Positions 39,029 to 48,460 of a stretch of DNA of 64,000 bases are shown piece by piece. A model generated the notes under the pieces. It was not told the origin of the DNA and did not search any database. It was given only the letters and a program-made list of their open reading frames with translations. The position numbers and the translations under genes are program-made. Origin of the DNA: an uncultured Bdellovibrionales bacterium (GTDB taxonomy: Bacteria; Patescibacteriota; Minisyncoccia; Moranbacterales; UBA1568); the NCBI GenBank assembly GCA_964530135.1, contig CAZGXN010000005.1, forward strand, positions 2,269 through 66,268, given 5' to 3'. Each line of letters opens with the position of its first letter. Position 1 is the first letter of the stretch.

Positions 39029-39898
39029 TCAGGCCTGTGTAAAAAGTTTTTCGAGTAAGAGACGGGGATTTCCCTCTCGAGTGGAAATTTGATCCAAAGT
39101 TTCAAGTGCAGATTCGAGAAATAGAGCAAAGGCGAGCGAGGACATCGACTGTCTACTCCATTGACGCTCCAGACCAATAATCCAGAGCTCGAGGATGCCT
39201 GGTAGCGATTCTGCCTGATCCGCCAGCCTTTCAGCGAGACTGAGACGCTCTGTCCAGGTTAAACCAGAAAGTCGAAAGAGTCCCCTGAGAAGCTCTTTAT
39301 ATTCTTCAAAGGCACTCGGATGTCTGATCGCTTCAATCACGAGACCAGGCAAACCCAGGGAAAAAAAGAAATCAGGCATTTTAGTATTCGGGAAGGAGGC
39401 ACCCAGCTCGTCGCCTGACAAGAGGTCGAAAGAAAGTGTGAAGAGGCGTGAACGAACTGTTGGAAGCAGCTTACCTGGTAAGTGGGTTACGAGAATGATC
39501 ACCGAAGAGGAATTGGGTTCTTCCAAGACTTTGAGGAGCGCATTAGCTGCTGAAACAGTCAATCGATCTGCTTCATCGATAATGAGCACACGGTGTGTTC
39601 CGATACGCGGAAAACGCGAGAGAAATACTTCAGCCTGACGAATATCTGCAACCGACAAGGCTGTGGGTTGCGACACCTCATCAATCCCATTGCCCGATTG
39701 ACGACCGATCACGAGGATATCCTCATTCGTATCCATGCCCGCTTTCTCTCCTCCCGAAAGTTTTCGGGCAAAATCATAGGCCACTCGAAACTTCCCCAAT
39801 CGCTGCGGGCCAGAAAAAAGAAAACTTTGCGGTGCCACTGAAAGAGCCACCATTCGATTGAGATGCTCTCTCACGTTCGTATGTCCCACGATATCCAT
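39029..39898 (-). CDS. holB: DNA polymerase III delta-prime subunit
   Basis: GPQRLGKFRVAYDFARKL P-loop-like, HRVLIIDEADRL, SRLFTLSF. Start trimmed to MDIVGHTNV. Confidence 0.8.
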   Translation of the reverse strand: MDIVGHTNVREHLNRMVALSVAPQSFLFSGPQRLGKFRVAYDFARKLSGGEKAGMDTNEDILVIGRQSGNGIDEVSQPTALSVADIRQAEVFLSRFPRIGTHRVLIIDEADRLTVSAANALLKVLEEPNSSSVIILVTHLPGKLLPTVRSRLFTLSFDLLSGDELGASFPNTKMPDFFFSLGLPGLVIEAIRHPSAFEEYKELLRGLFRLSGLTWTERLSLAERLADQAESLPGILELWIIGLERQWSRQSMSSLAFALFLESALETLDQISTREGNPRLLLEKLFTQA

Positions 39899-39905
39899 AC
39901 AATTA

Positions 39906-41027
39906 TCAAGATTGGAGTAGTGCCCTCTGAATACCAGAAAGAAAGTTCGTACTTCGATATTTTTTTGACCGTTCCTGAATCTGTGCTGGCTGGTAGATAT
40001 GCTCTCGTTCGAGAAAACGCCGAACTCCATCAGCAATCATCTCAGGCGTATAGCCCGTATAAAGCTCACCGGTAATCCCCGGCTCGATCAATTCAGAGGC
40101 AGCGCCGCCAACAAAAGCGATCGCTGGAACGCCACAGGAAAATGCCTCAACTATTACCATACCAAAATCCTCCTCACTCGGCTGGAGAATTGCCCGAGCT
40201 TGTTGATACAACATTGTCAGTGCTTCATCAGTAACTGCGCCAGCAAAGCGCACTGTTGGACCAGCGAGTTCCTTGAGGGATTTTTCTTCTGGTCCAACCC
40301 CAACCACCAGGAGTGGGAGTTCGAGACGATTGAAGGCCTCAATAACCGCATCAACGCGCTTCGATCGAGTGAGCCGTGAGACAACGAGGAAGTGTTTTTT
40401 GACAACTGGCATATCTGTATCGGAACGGGGCATTGGCTGCTCACAAAACAAACCAGCTGGAGGAAAAACCACCACTGCAGTGCGTCGATAATATTTTTCG
40501 ACCCGCTGGCGAGTAAATTCAGAATTGACCAAAAGAATATCGGGACGCTCGGCTGATTGCCGATCCCATACCCGAAGATAGGAGAGATAGAGACGGAGCA
40601 ATACACTGTTTCCTTTACCCACATCCCGAAGATACTGTTCTTGATTCTCCCAGACATAGCGCATCGGCGAATGGAGATAGGCAATATGTCGCGTATACAG
40701 CCGTGTTACAAGTCCCTTCATCCAAGCCCCCGACGATGAAATGACGAGATCGAAATCCCGAAGATCAATCGCTTCCACAGCGATGGCGTACAGGGGCAAG
40801 AGCCAGCGATGCCGGCGCCGGATCCAGGCAGGAAATTTCTGGAGAAATGAGGCCCGGATCTCGCGACCCGGAAAATGTGCTGCGACAAAATCTTGGTCCG
40901 CAAGCAGCGTATAGATCGGGGCGTCTGGATACGCATCGGCCAGCACCTTGAAGGTCCGCTCCGCTCCGCCCCACACGAGAAGGAAATCATGAGCTAGCGC
41001 TATTTTTTGTGGCTTATTCTCGGACAT
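39906..41027 (-). CDS. glycosyltransferase family 4
   Basis: GT4 C-terminal EX7E region EDFGMVIVEAFSCGVPAIAF. Confidence 0.8.
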   Translation of the reverse strand: MSENKPQKIALAHDFLLVWGGAERTFKVLADAYPDAPIYTLLADQDFVAAHFPGREIRASFLQKFPAWIRRRHRWLLPLYAIAVEAIDLRDFDLVISSSGAWMKGLVTRLYTRHIAYLHSPMRYVWENQEQYLRDVGKGNSVLLRLYLSYLRVWDRQSAERPDILLVNSEFTRQRVEKYYRRTAVVVFPPAGLFCEQPMPRSDTDMPVVKKHFLVVSRLTRSKRVDAVIEAFNRLELPLLVVGVGPEEKSLKELAGPTVRFAGAVTDEALTMLYQQARAILQPSEEDFGMVIVEAFSCGVPAIAFVGGAASELIEPGITGELYTGYTPEMIADGVRRFLEREHIYQPAQIQERSKKYRSTNFLSGIQRALLQS

Positions 41028-41222
41028 ATCTGAGACTTGACTTTACAGTATTTTTACACCAAGATGTAATGTCCGAGACTCGGACTTGTGCAACGAGATT
41101 CTGGAGGTTCATATGCCCGTCGCTTTCGAAATCGCTATGACCGTGCAGTTGATCGGTTGGATAGCCGTTCATGTCATGGTCATTGCCCTGGGATTCCCCA
41201 GCTCACGGCTCTATCACTACCT

Positions 41223-42374
41223 CTACGACGGTGATGAGTTCTTCGGTGACAAGAGCAACTGAGCCACCTCCCGGGCGCACTGCGCCCAATCAAAGCGATC
41301 CGCATTCCGGGTCGCTTTCTCTATTATATCAGCCCGCTTTTCTGGATTTTGGACGAGCGCTTCCATCGCTGCTGCCAGTGCCTCGGTCGAGAGTGGATCA
41401 ACCAATATAGCCCCTTCTCCAGCAATTTCGGGTAGAGACGAAGTATCTGCTGTGATAATGGGTACGCCCGCTTGCTGTGCTTCAAGAACGGGTAAACCGA
41501 AACCTTCGTAGAGCGACGGAAAGAGGAATATATCGGCATTTTTCAATAAACTAAATTTTTCTTCCTCTGTAATATACCCGACTTCGTATATCTCATTCTT
41601 AAATTGAGAATCAAGAATCTTGATCCGTATATCCTCGTACCCATAGCCCCGCTTTCCAGCAAGAATGAGTATGTGAGGTAAACCCATTTTCTGTTTAAAC
41701 CGCTCAAACGCTTCAATCATCCGGACGATATTTTTGCGTGTTTCAAGACGGCCGATAAAGAGAAAGTATTTTGAATCTTGAAATTTGAATTGTGGACTCG
41801 AGCCAAGGCTCTGAATACGAGATTCTAAATGGTCGTTACTCACCCCCTCGTAGACAACGGTCATTTTCGTTTCCGGCACACCGTAGAGCCGTACCAGGTC
41901 GCGCTTGGTATTTTCCGACACTGCAATGACTCGTCGGGCAACTCTCACTGAATACCGGATTGACCACCGCATATAGAGCCGCTCCAAAAAGTGATAGCTT
42001 TCCGGTGAGAATTCATACTCGAGGCCATGAATGGTTACTACCGTTCGTTCTGGATGGATGAGCGGGACCGTGTGGGCAGGAATAAAAAGCACCGTAGGTG
42101 GGTGCAACAGCATCTCTAATGACAACCGCATCTGTGTCCAAAAACGCGGCGCCCACAAACCCTTCACTTGCCAGTGTGGCGGGAGCTCAAAATCAATACT
42201 TGGAATAATGCACCGAAGCTGGCCGCTCTGGAAAATAAACTTCTTTCGAACATAAAGAACCACTGTCTCATTCTGAAGAACATTCCGAAGATGCCGGATA
42301 ATCTGATAGCTGTACTCTTCTATCCCCGTCCGGCGCCGGAGGAAAGCCCGGGAAGCATCAATGCCAATGATCAT
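41223..42374 (-). CDS. glycosyltransferase family 4
   Basis: YEGFGLPVLEAQQAGVPIITAD EX7E motif. Confidence 0.8.
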   Translation of the reverse strand: MIIGIDASRAFLRRRTGIEEYSYQIIRHLRNVLQNETVVLYVRKKFIFQSGQLRCIIPSIDFELPPHWQVKGLWAPRFWTQMRLSLEMLLHPPTVLFIPAHTVPLIHPERTVVTIHGLEYEFSPESYHFLERLYMRWSIRYSVRVARRVIAVSENTKRDLVRLYGVPETKMTVVYEGVSNDHLESRIQSLGSSPQFKFQDSKYFLFIGRLETRKNIVRMIEAFERFKQKMGLPHILILAGKRGYGYEDIRIKILDSQFKNEIYEVGYITEEEKFSLLKNADIFLFPSLYEGFGLPVLEAQQAGVPIITADTSSLPEIAGEGAILVDPLSTEALAAAMEALVQNPEKRADIIEKATRNADRFDWAQCAREVAQLLLSPKNSSPS

Positions 42375-42484
42375 AGCGCCAGGACCAACAAGTGAGGCAT
42401 CGCCGCGAAACCAAACGAACAGATTCGCCGAGCGTCTTTATCCTGCATTTCTTGATGTATATTTACTGACATTGTTTTTATAGA

Positions 42485-43498
42485 CTACTTTCCGAGCATG
42501 AGACTGCGTTTGTAAGTATCGAGATTCTCCAAGACGACACCCGTCCCCTTCACAACGCAAAATGCGGGATCATCTGCTACATAACAGGGTACATTGATTG
42601 TTTTTGCAATGAGTTGATCAAGATAGCGCAGTTGCGCTGTCCCACCCGAAAGCACCATCCCTTTATCCATAATATCCGAAGCGAGTTCAGGTGGTGTCTC
42701 TTGGAGCACTTGCTTGATAACATGAATGATTTCGCGCAACTCATCTTGAATAGCTTCAGTTATCTCATTTGAAGACAGCGTGATCGTCTTTGGCAATCCG
42801 CCCATCAGATCTCGACCACGCACCTCCAGATGATCCTCCTTCACTTGCGCAATAGCTGATCCGATAGCAATCTTCACATCTTCAGCGGTTCGATCACCAA
42901 TAGCAAGACTATATTTTCGTTTTATATAATCACTGATTGCCCGATCAATTTTATTACCACCAACCCGAGCGCTATGTGATGCGACAATACCACCAAGCGA
43001 GATGATAGCGATCTCAGATGTTCCGCCACCGATGTTAATAATCATATTGCCCTGCGCCGTATGAATCGGAATGCCTGCTCCGATCGCTGCAAGTACTGGC
43101 TCCTTAACGACATATGCGGCCTTAGCGCCAGCTTTCATCGCTGCATCGATCACTGCTCGCCGCTCCGTTGAGGTAATGCCAGCCGGCACAGAAAGCACAA
43201 CTTCCGGCCGAATAAAACGCACTCGTCCCATCACCCGATTAATGAAATACTTGAGCATTGCCTCAGTTACTCGATAGTCAGCGATCGCACCATCACGCAA
43301 TGGCTGGCTTGCGACAATTGTATCCGGGGTTCGACCAAGCATCTCTTTCGCCTCATTACCAACGGCCAGGACTTTGTTTTCAAAAAGTGAAATCGCCACC
43401 ACTGATGGTTCATTGATAACCACACCCTGACCCGGAACAAACACCAAGGTATTCGCTGTCCCTAAATCGATACCAATTTTCCGGATCAGCCATTGCAT
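42485..43498 (-). CDS. mreB: rod shape-determining protein MreB
   Basis: IGIDLGTANTLVFV actin-fold N-terminus and overall MreB similarity. Confidence 0.95.
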   Translation of the reverse strand: MQWLIRKIGIDLGTANTLVFVPGQGVVINEPSVVAISLFENKVLAVGNEAKEMLGRTPDTIVASQPLRDGAIADYRVTEAMLKYFINRVMGRVRFIRPEVVLSVPAGITSTERRAVIDAAMKAGAKAAYVVKEPVLAAIGAGIPIHTAQGNMIINIGGGTSEIAIISLGGIVASHSARVGGNKIDRAISDYIKRKYSLAIGDRTAEDVKIAIGSAIAQVKEDHLEVRGRDLMGGLPKTITLSSNEITEAIQDELREIIHVIKQVLQETPPELASDIMDKGMVLSGGTAQLRYLDQLIAKTINVPCYVADDPAFCVVKGTGVVLENLDTYKRSLMLGK

Positions 43499-43510
43499 AC
43501 TACTGTATCG

Positions 43511-44773
43511 TTAGAGTGTCTCACGAATAATGTCTGCACCAATTGCTGAAAGACGCTTCTCAATCGCTTCATATCCCCGATCGACCTGATAGATATCTTC
43601 GATGATAGTCTCGCCGACTGCAGCCAGGGCAGCGATGATAAGTGAGGCACCAGCCCGCAAATCATAGCTTTTGATGACAGTACCATGAAGTGGTGTCGGG
43701 CCATGAATGAGGAGTTGATGTGGATTCAAAATCGTTAATTTTGCTCCCATTTTCTCAAGCTCAGCCGCATAATTGAAACGACCCTCAAACATGGTGTCAA
43801 AGATGAGCGTCTCACCCGCTGCCTGAGTCGCCAAGACAGCCAGCGGAGCCTGAATATCTGTGGGGATACCTGGATAAGGTCGGGTATCAATTTTCGGTAC
43901 GGCCCGAAGCGTTTCAGTCGGATGCACCGTGATAGCATCTGGGGCAACAGTAAAACTGACACCAAAATCTTTTAGTTTTTCCAAAACGATGTCGAGCGTA
44001 TCTTCGTGAGCGTGTTCGACGGTGATCTCACTGCGGGTTGCCGCACCCAGAGCGAGAAAAGTGGCTGCCTCATTATGGTCTGGCATAATCGTGTATGTCA
44101 CACCTGAAAGTACCGGCTGGCCAGTAATTGTTACTGTATGCGTGCCAAGTCCAGAAATTTTTGCACCCATTTTTTCGAGAAAATGCCCCAGATCAACGAC
44201 ATGTGGTTCAGTTGCGGCGAGTTTAATAGTCGTTTCACCTGGAAGGACCGCCGCGAGGAGCATCGCATTTTCGGTCGCCGTAACCGAAAGTTCCTTGAGT
44301 ACTACGCGACCCGCCCGCCTTCCGTGAGCATCAATAACCGATCCTCCTTCAGTAGACGCTATCTGAACGCCCAACTTTGCAAGCGCATCAATATGCGTAT
44401 CTACAGGTCGTGCGCCGATGACACACCCCCCTGGCTGACGAAATTCAAATCGATCAAATCGACCGGCCAGCGATCCGAGCAAGAGAATAGATGAGCGCAA
44501 ACGCTTTACTTTTTCATGGTCAATGTGCGCGGGGTTGAGCGTACTTGGAGTAATCGCAACCGTCCGTGGCGCGATCCACTCGACGACAGCTCCCATGCTC
44601 TCGATAATTTCCAACATCCGAAACACATCCTCGATACGAGGCATATTTTCGAGGACGGAGCGCTCGGTTGAAAGCAGTGTTGCGGCGATAATTGGGGTCG
44701 CAGCATTCTTCAAACCATAGACCGGAATCCGACCCGACAGTGTTTTTCCACCCTGAATTCGAAAGACTTCCAT
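43511..44773 (-). CDS. murA: UDP-N-acetylglucosamine 1-carboxyvinyltransferase
   Basis: MEVFRIQGGKTLSGRIPV...RFEFRQPGGCVIGARPVDTHIDAL with the active-site Cys region. Confidence 0.9.
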   Translation of the reverse strand: MEVFRIQGGKTLSGRIPVYGLKNAATPIIAATLLSTERSVLENMPRIEDVFRMLEIIESMGAVVEWIAPRTVAITPSTLNPAHIDHEKVKRLRSSILLLGSLAGRFDRFEFRQPGGCVIGARPVDTHIDALAKLGVQIASTEGGSVIDAHGRRAGRVVLKELSVTATENAMLLAAVLPGETTIKLAATEPHVVDLGHFLEKMGAKISGLGTHTVTITGQPVLSGVTYTIMPDHNEAATFLALGAATRSEITVEHAHEDTLDIVLEKLKDFGVSFTVAPDAITVHPTETLRAVPKIDTRPYPGIPTDIQAPLAVLATQAAGETLIFDTMFEGRFNYAAELEKMGAKLTILNPHQLLIHGPTPLHGTVIKSYDLRAGASLIIAALAAVGETIIEDIYQVDRGYEAIEKRLSAIGADIIRETL

Positions 44774-45188
44774 AGAACCGAGTATACCCCGAAAACCGAC
44801 CTCTTTCAACCCACACAATTCCCTGGAAAACAGGATTGTATCTCGAATATAGGCCTATCAGCAACAAAAAACCGCCTGCGCATTTTACGCGCGCGGGCGG
44901 CAATGTTGAGGTGGGCGGCGGGACCGAATTGGCGCCAGCCGCGTGGAACAGGGACACCTGTTCCAAATTGATTGAAATGCGTTGGGACGCTTTTCTTTTT
45001 GTTTTTATTACCAAACGGAGCGAGCGAAGTAATTCCGTCTGGGGAATCATTTTCGAACGCAGTGCTGGCAACATCGGGTTTTACCCGTTATTTTATTGTG
45101 TGTCTGAACAATGTAAAAAAAGAAAACGGGCATTCACCCGTTTCTTACTTCTTTTACTCTACCAGTATAGCAGATTTTCCAGTCATTG

Positions 45189-46121
45189 TCAAAGCGCGGA
45201 TGTATCACCCTTCCTAATGATATCGTAAGCAGCGAGGGCAGCAGTCACACCGAGTCCGGCCGATATATTATTTTGTTTGTAGGGTGCATCCGTCGCATCA
45301 CCCGTCGCAAAGATTCCCAGCTTGGAGGTCGTAGCTCTGCGTGTATCGAGAACGATCTCGCCACGCTCATTCAAATCAAGCACACCTTTCACGAATTCCG
45401 TATTCGGCACCATACCAATTTCGACAAAAACACCATCAAGAGCGAGCGTTTGTTTCTCGTTTGTGGCCTTGTCCAGGTACTGCAACCCCTCGACTTTTTC
45501 ATCACCGAGAATCTCCTCTGTAACACCATTGTAAATCACTCTCACCTTTGGTGAAGCGAGAATTTTCTCCTCCGTCACTTTATCCCCTTTGAGCTCTTCG
45601 CCCCGAGCGATGAGAACAATTTCACTCGCATAGGGCAGGAGATCCTCAACCGCTTCCAGCGCTGAATTGCCGCTTCCAATCACTGCAACTTTCTTCGCCT
45701 TAAAGAACGGGGCATCACACGTTGAACAATAGACCACCCCCTTGCCTTTGAACTTCTCCTCGCCTGGCACATCCAGATGACGATGTCGCCCACCCGTCGC
45801 AATGATGAGGGTTTTTGTCTCGTAGTTGCCCTTATCCGTCGTGAGACTATACCCACCAGTGGGAATCTCGGACAAACCTGTTGCCCGCTCACCCGTCCGG
45901 ATCTCGAGTCCTTCTTGGGCCCGCAAGTGCTTTTCCAATGCCTGGCCGAATTCCCAGCCCGGAATCGTTACTGTACCAATCCAGTTCTCAATCGATGCAG
46001 ACACAACTGACTGGCTCAAAAAATTCTCCGTAATAAAAAGCGTCTTCATTTGCTTCCGGGCCGCATACACACCCGCTGCCACCCCTCCGGGCCCTCCACC
46101 CACAATAATACAGTCGTACAT
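45189..46121 (-). CDS. trxB: thioredoxin-disulfide reductase
   Basis: FAD motif YDCIIVGGGPGG, redox CSTCDAPFF, NADPH motif VAVIGSGNSA. Confidence 0.88.
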   Translation of the reverse strand: MYDCIIVGGGPGGVAAGVYAARKQMKTLFITENFLSQSVVSASIENWIGTVTIPGWEFGQALEKHLRAQEGLEIRTGERATGLSEIPTGGYSLTTDKGNYETKTLIIATGGRHRHLDVPGEEKFKGKGVVYCSTCDAPFFKAKKVAVIGSGNSALEAVEDLLPYASEIVLIARGEELKGDKVTEEKILASPKVRVIYNGVTEEILGDEKVEGLQYLDKATNEKQTLALDGVFVEIGMVPNTEFVKGVLDLNERGEIVLDTRRATTSKLGIFATGDATDAPYKQNNISAGLGVTAALAAYDIIRKGDTSAL

Positions 46122-46144
46122 AAAATTACCTTTAATTGATGAAA

Positions 46145-46606
46145 TTAGATTGGCTGCCAAAAAAATACCTCATCTGTCCCATTTGGAAATGTTAGCCTAC
46201 CCGCTTCATGGAGCCCCTTCCTTCGAAACCTCTCGATCATTTCTGGCCGCTTCGTACAGGCGCTTAGAAGCATTGTCGAATATCCTTGCTCTCGTAAATC
46301 TGTAGATACTGCTTCCATCAGAGCGGCCCCCACTCTTGCGTTGCGGCGCTCTGGTATGACATAAATCCAACTCAGAAGGGGGACTCGCTCAGGCCATATT
46401 TTATCTACTCGTGAGTATCCAATAGGCATCTCCCCATCAAAAGCGAGATAGGCCCTACCCGCTTCGCACAATGTCCGATAGTGTGCTTCATCAGTAGCCA
46501 CTTGGAAACAAGTTTCGGTGTCCGTGTCGTCTAGCTCCTTCACAACCTCAATGTCTTGGACCGTGGCCTTTCTCACAATTGGGATCACAACCCTCTCTTC
46601 GGTCAT
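46145..46606 (-). CDS. GNAT-family N-acetyltransferase
   Basis: Size and the acetyl-CoA-binding-like RRNARVGAALMEAV segment. Confidence 0.5.
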   Translation of the reverse strand: MTEERVVIPIVRKATVQDIEVVKELDDTDTETCFQVATDEAHYRTLCEAGRAYLAFDGEMPIGYSRVDKIWPERVPLLSWIYVIPERRNARVGAALMEAVSTDLREQGYSTMLLSACTKRPEMIERFRRKGLHEAGRLTFPNGTDEVFFWQPI

Positions 46607-46615
46607 AAAGTAGCG

Positions 46616-46906
46616 TTACTGCATTTTAAACAGGCTCTTGAGATAGGCCTCGTCAATCTTTTTCTTCCCTTCCCACTTACAAACAAAATCATCTTTCAAG
46701 AGCTCGACACCGAGCATTGCGACCGCTTCGCGGATTGCAGAAATCTGAGCAATGATATCAAGACATTCATCGCCCTGTTCCACCATCCGACGAATCCCCC
46801 GCAGCTGCCCTTCAACACGCGCAATTCGTGCCAACACTGCCGCACGCCCCGTGTTCGATTTTTTGGTTTCAAGTTTCTTCAAATCAGCTCTCGGCTTCAT
46901 AAGCAT
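46616..46906 (-). CDS. metal-sensing transcriptional repressor, CsoR/RcnR/FrmR family
   Basis: ARVEGQLRGIRRMVEQGDECLDIIAQISAIREA with the conserved C/H/C-type ligand positions. Confidence 0.65.
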   Translation of the reverse strand: MLMKPRADLKKLETKKSNTGRAAVLARIARVEGQLRGIRRMVEQGDECLDIIAQISAIREAVAMLGVELLKDDFVCKWEGKKKIDEAYLKSLFKMQ

Positions 46907-46973
46907 TTTAAAAATATACCCTCTCGGGGTATAGTATCATCCGAGAAAGAAATGTCAATTTCCTCTTAGGCTC

Positions 46974-48389
46974 CTAGGCCGAAGCCAATCGTTTCACACC
47001 AGCACGAAACTGATCCCCCCGGTCGAACTCATTTTGGAAAAGACCAAAACTTGCTACTCCTGGAGAAAGGAGTATGACATCACCAGAACGAGCTTCATCG
47101 ACAGCAATTTGAAGCGCATCTTCCATGTTTGCAACCACCGGAAAAGTGATCCCCGATTTTCCTTGAGCGAGAGCTTCTTTTTCCATCAGTGGCAGCAGTT
47201 TTTCAGTCGCCGTTCCCTGGAAAAGAATTACTGATTTTGGTTCGGTAACAAAAATGCGAGCCAGTTCAGCATAATCGAATTTCTTATCCGCGCCACCGGC
47301 AATGAGCACCACGGGCGCATCAAATGATCGAATGCCAGCTATGGCCGCTTCGGGCATAGTCGCTGCTGTATCATTGTAGAAACGGACACCCGCGCGTTCT
47401 CCAACATACTCAAGGCGATGAGCCACTCCCTTGAAGCTCGCCAGTGCTGCCAGAATATTTTTTTCCTTTATACCCTGCTGGCGCACAGCGGCGATCGCCG
47501 CGAGAATATTGCTCCGATTATGATCACCAAGCAGTTCAACCGTCGGCCACGGAAAGAGCTCCCTTTCGCCCTCGACGGTTCGCTCCCAGACCATCCCTGA
47601 TCGGATAAATACCCCAAGGCCATCTTCCAATACTTGTTCAGAAAACCAAACAACCTGACTTGATGCTTTCAGAGCCAGAGCACGCGCGCCCGAATTATCC
47701 CGATTTACAATCAGCACATCATTTTTTTTCTGAAAACGAAAAATGATCTCTTTGTCGGCAACATACGCATCCATCGTTTTATAGTAATTCAGGTGGTCTG
47801 GATAGATATTGGTGATGACCGCAATATGTGGCGAATACTCATGCGCGATAAAAGATGAAAGCCGCCAACTCGAGAGCTCAGCCACCACGGTCGAAGTATT
47901 GCTAACTGTAGCCAATGCATCGAGAAAACCAATCTGACTCATCCCGACCCGGACGACATTTCCGCGCGCATGCTCGATTATATGAGCAATAAGAGTCGCC
48001 GTCGTTGTCTTACCCTTGGTCCCAGTCACACCAATCATCGGCTGTTTCATTAGTTGGATAAATAAGCTCGCATCCATCTCAACTGGTATTTTATGAGCAA
48101 GCGCGAGCTTGATGTACTCATTTGTCCAGGGGATCACTGGATTCTTTACAACCATGTCGACATGCGTAAAATCCTCTGCCCGATGTTGACCGAGAATGTA
48201 AGTGATGTTTTTATGCCCCTTGAGTTCCTTGAGCGTCGGGGCGAGGTCTTCCTTTGTCTTGATATCAGTTGCAATAACCTCACGCACCCCAGCCGCAAGA
48301 AGAAACTGTATCGTGGCCAAGGCACCCCGATTCAATCCAATTCCAAAAACCGTTACTCGCTTACCCTTGAACCAATCCTGTTTCAGCAT
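46974..48389 (-). CDS. murD: UDP-N-acetylmuramoylalanine--D-glutamate ligase
   Basis: GVTGTKGKTTTATLIAHI P-loop and Mur ligase domains. Start trimmed to MLKQDW. Confidence 0.88.
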   Translation of the reverse strand: MLKQDWFKGKRVTVFGIGLNRGALATIQFLLAAGVREVIATDIKTKEDLAPTLKELKGHKNITYILGQHRAEDFTHVDMVVKNPVIPWTNEYIKLALAHKIPVEMDASLFIQLMKQPMIGVTGTKGKTTTATLIAHIIEHARGNVVRVGMSQIGFLDALATVSNTSTVVAELSSWRLSSFIAHEYSPHIAVITNIYPDHLNYYKTMDAYVADKEIIFRFQKKNDVLIVNRDNSGARALALKASSQVVWFSEQVLEDGLGVFIRSGMVWERTVEGERELFPWPTVELLGDHNRSNILAAIAAVRQQGIKEKNILAALASFKGVAHRLEYVGERAGVRFYNDTAATMPEAAIAGIRSFDAPVVLIAGGADKKFDYAELARIFVTEPKSVILFQGTATEKLLPLMEKEALAQGKSGITFPVVANMEDALQIAVDEARSGDVILLSPGVASFGLFQNEFDRGDQFRAGVKRLASA

Positions 48390-48460
48390 ACTGCGAGAGA
48401 AAAAAAATAGACCTAGCGCTAAGAGAATCCAGCTCTGTCCCAAGAAAAGCCGACAGCGGG

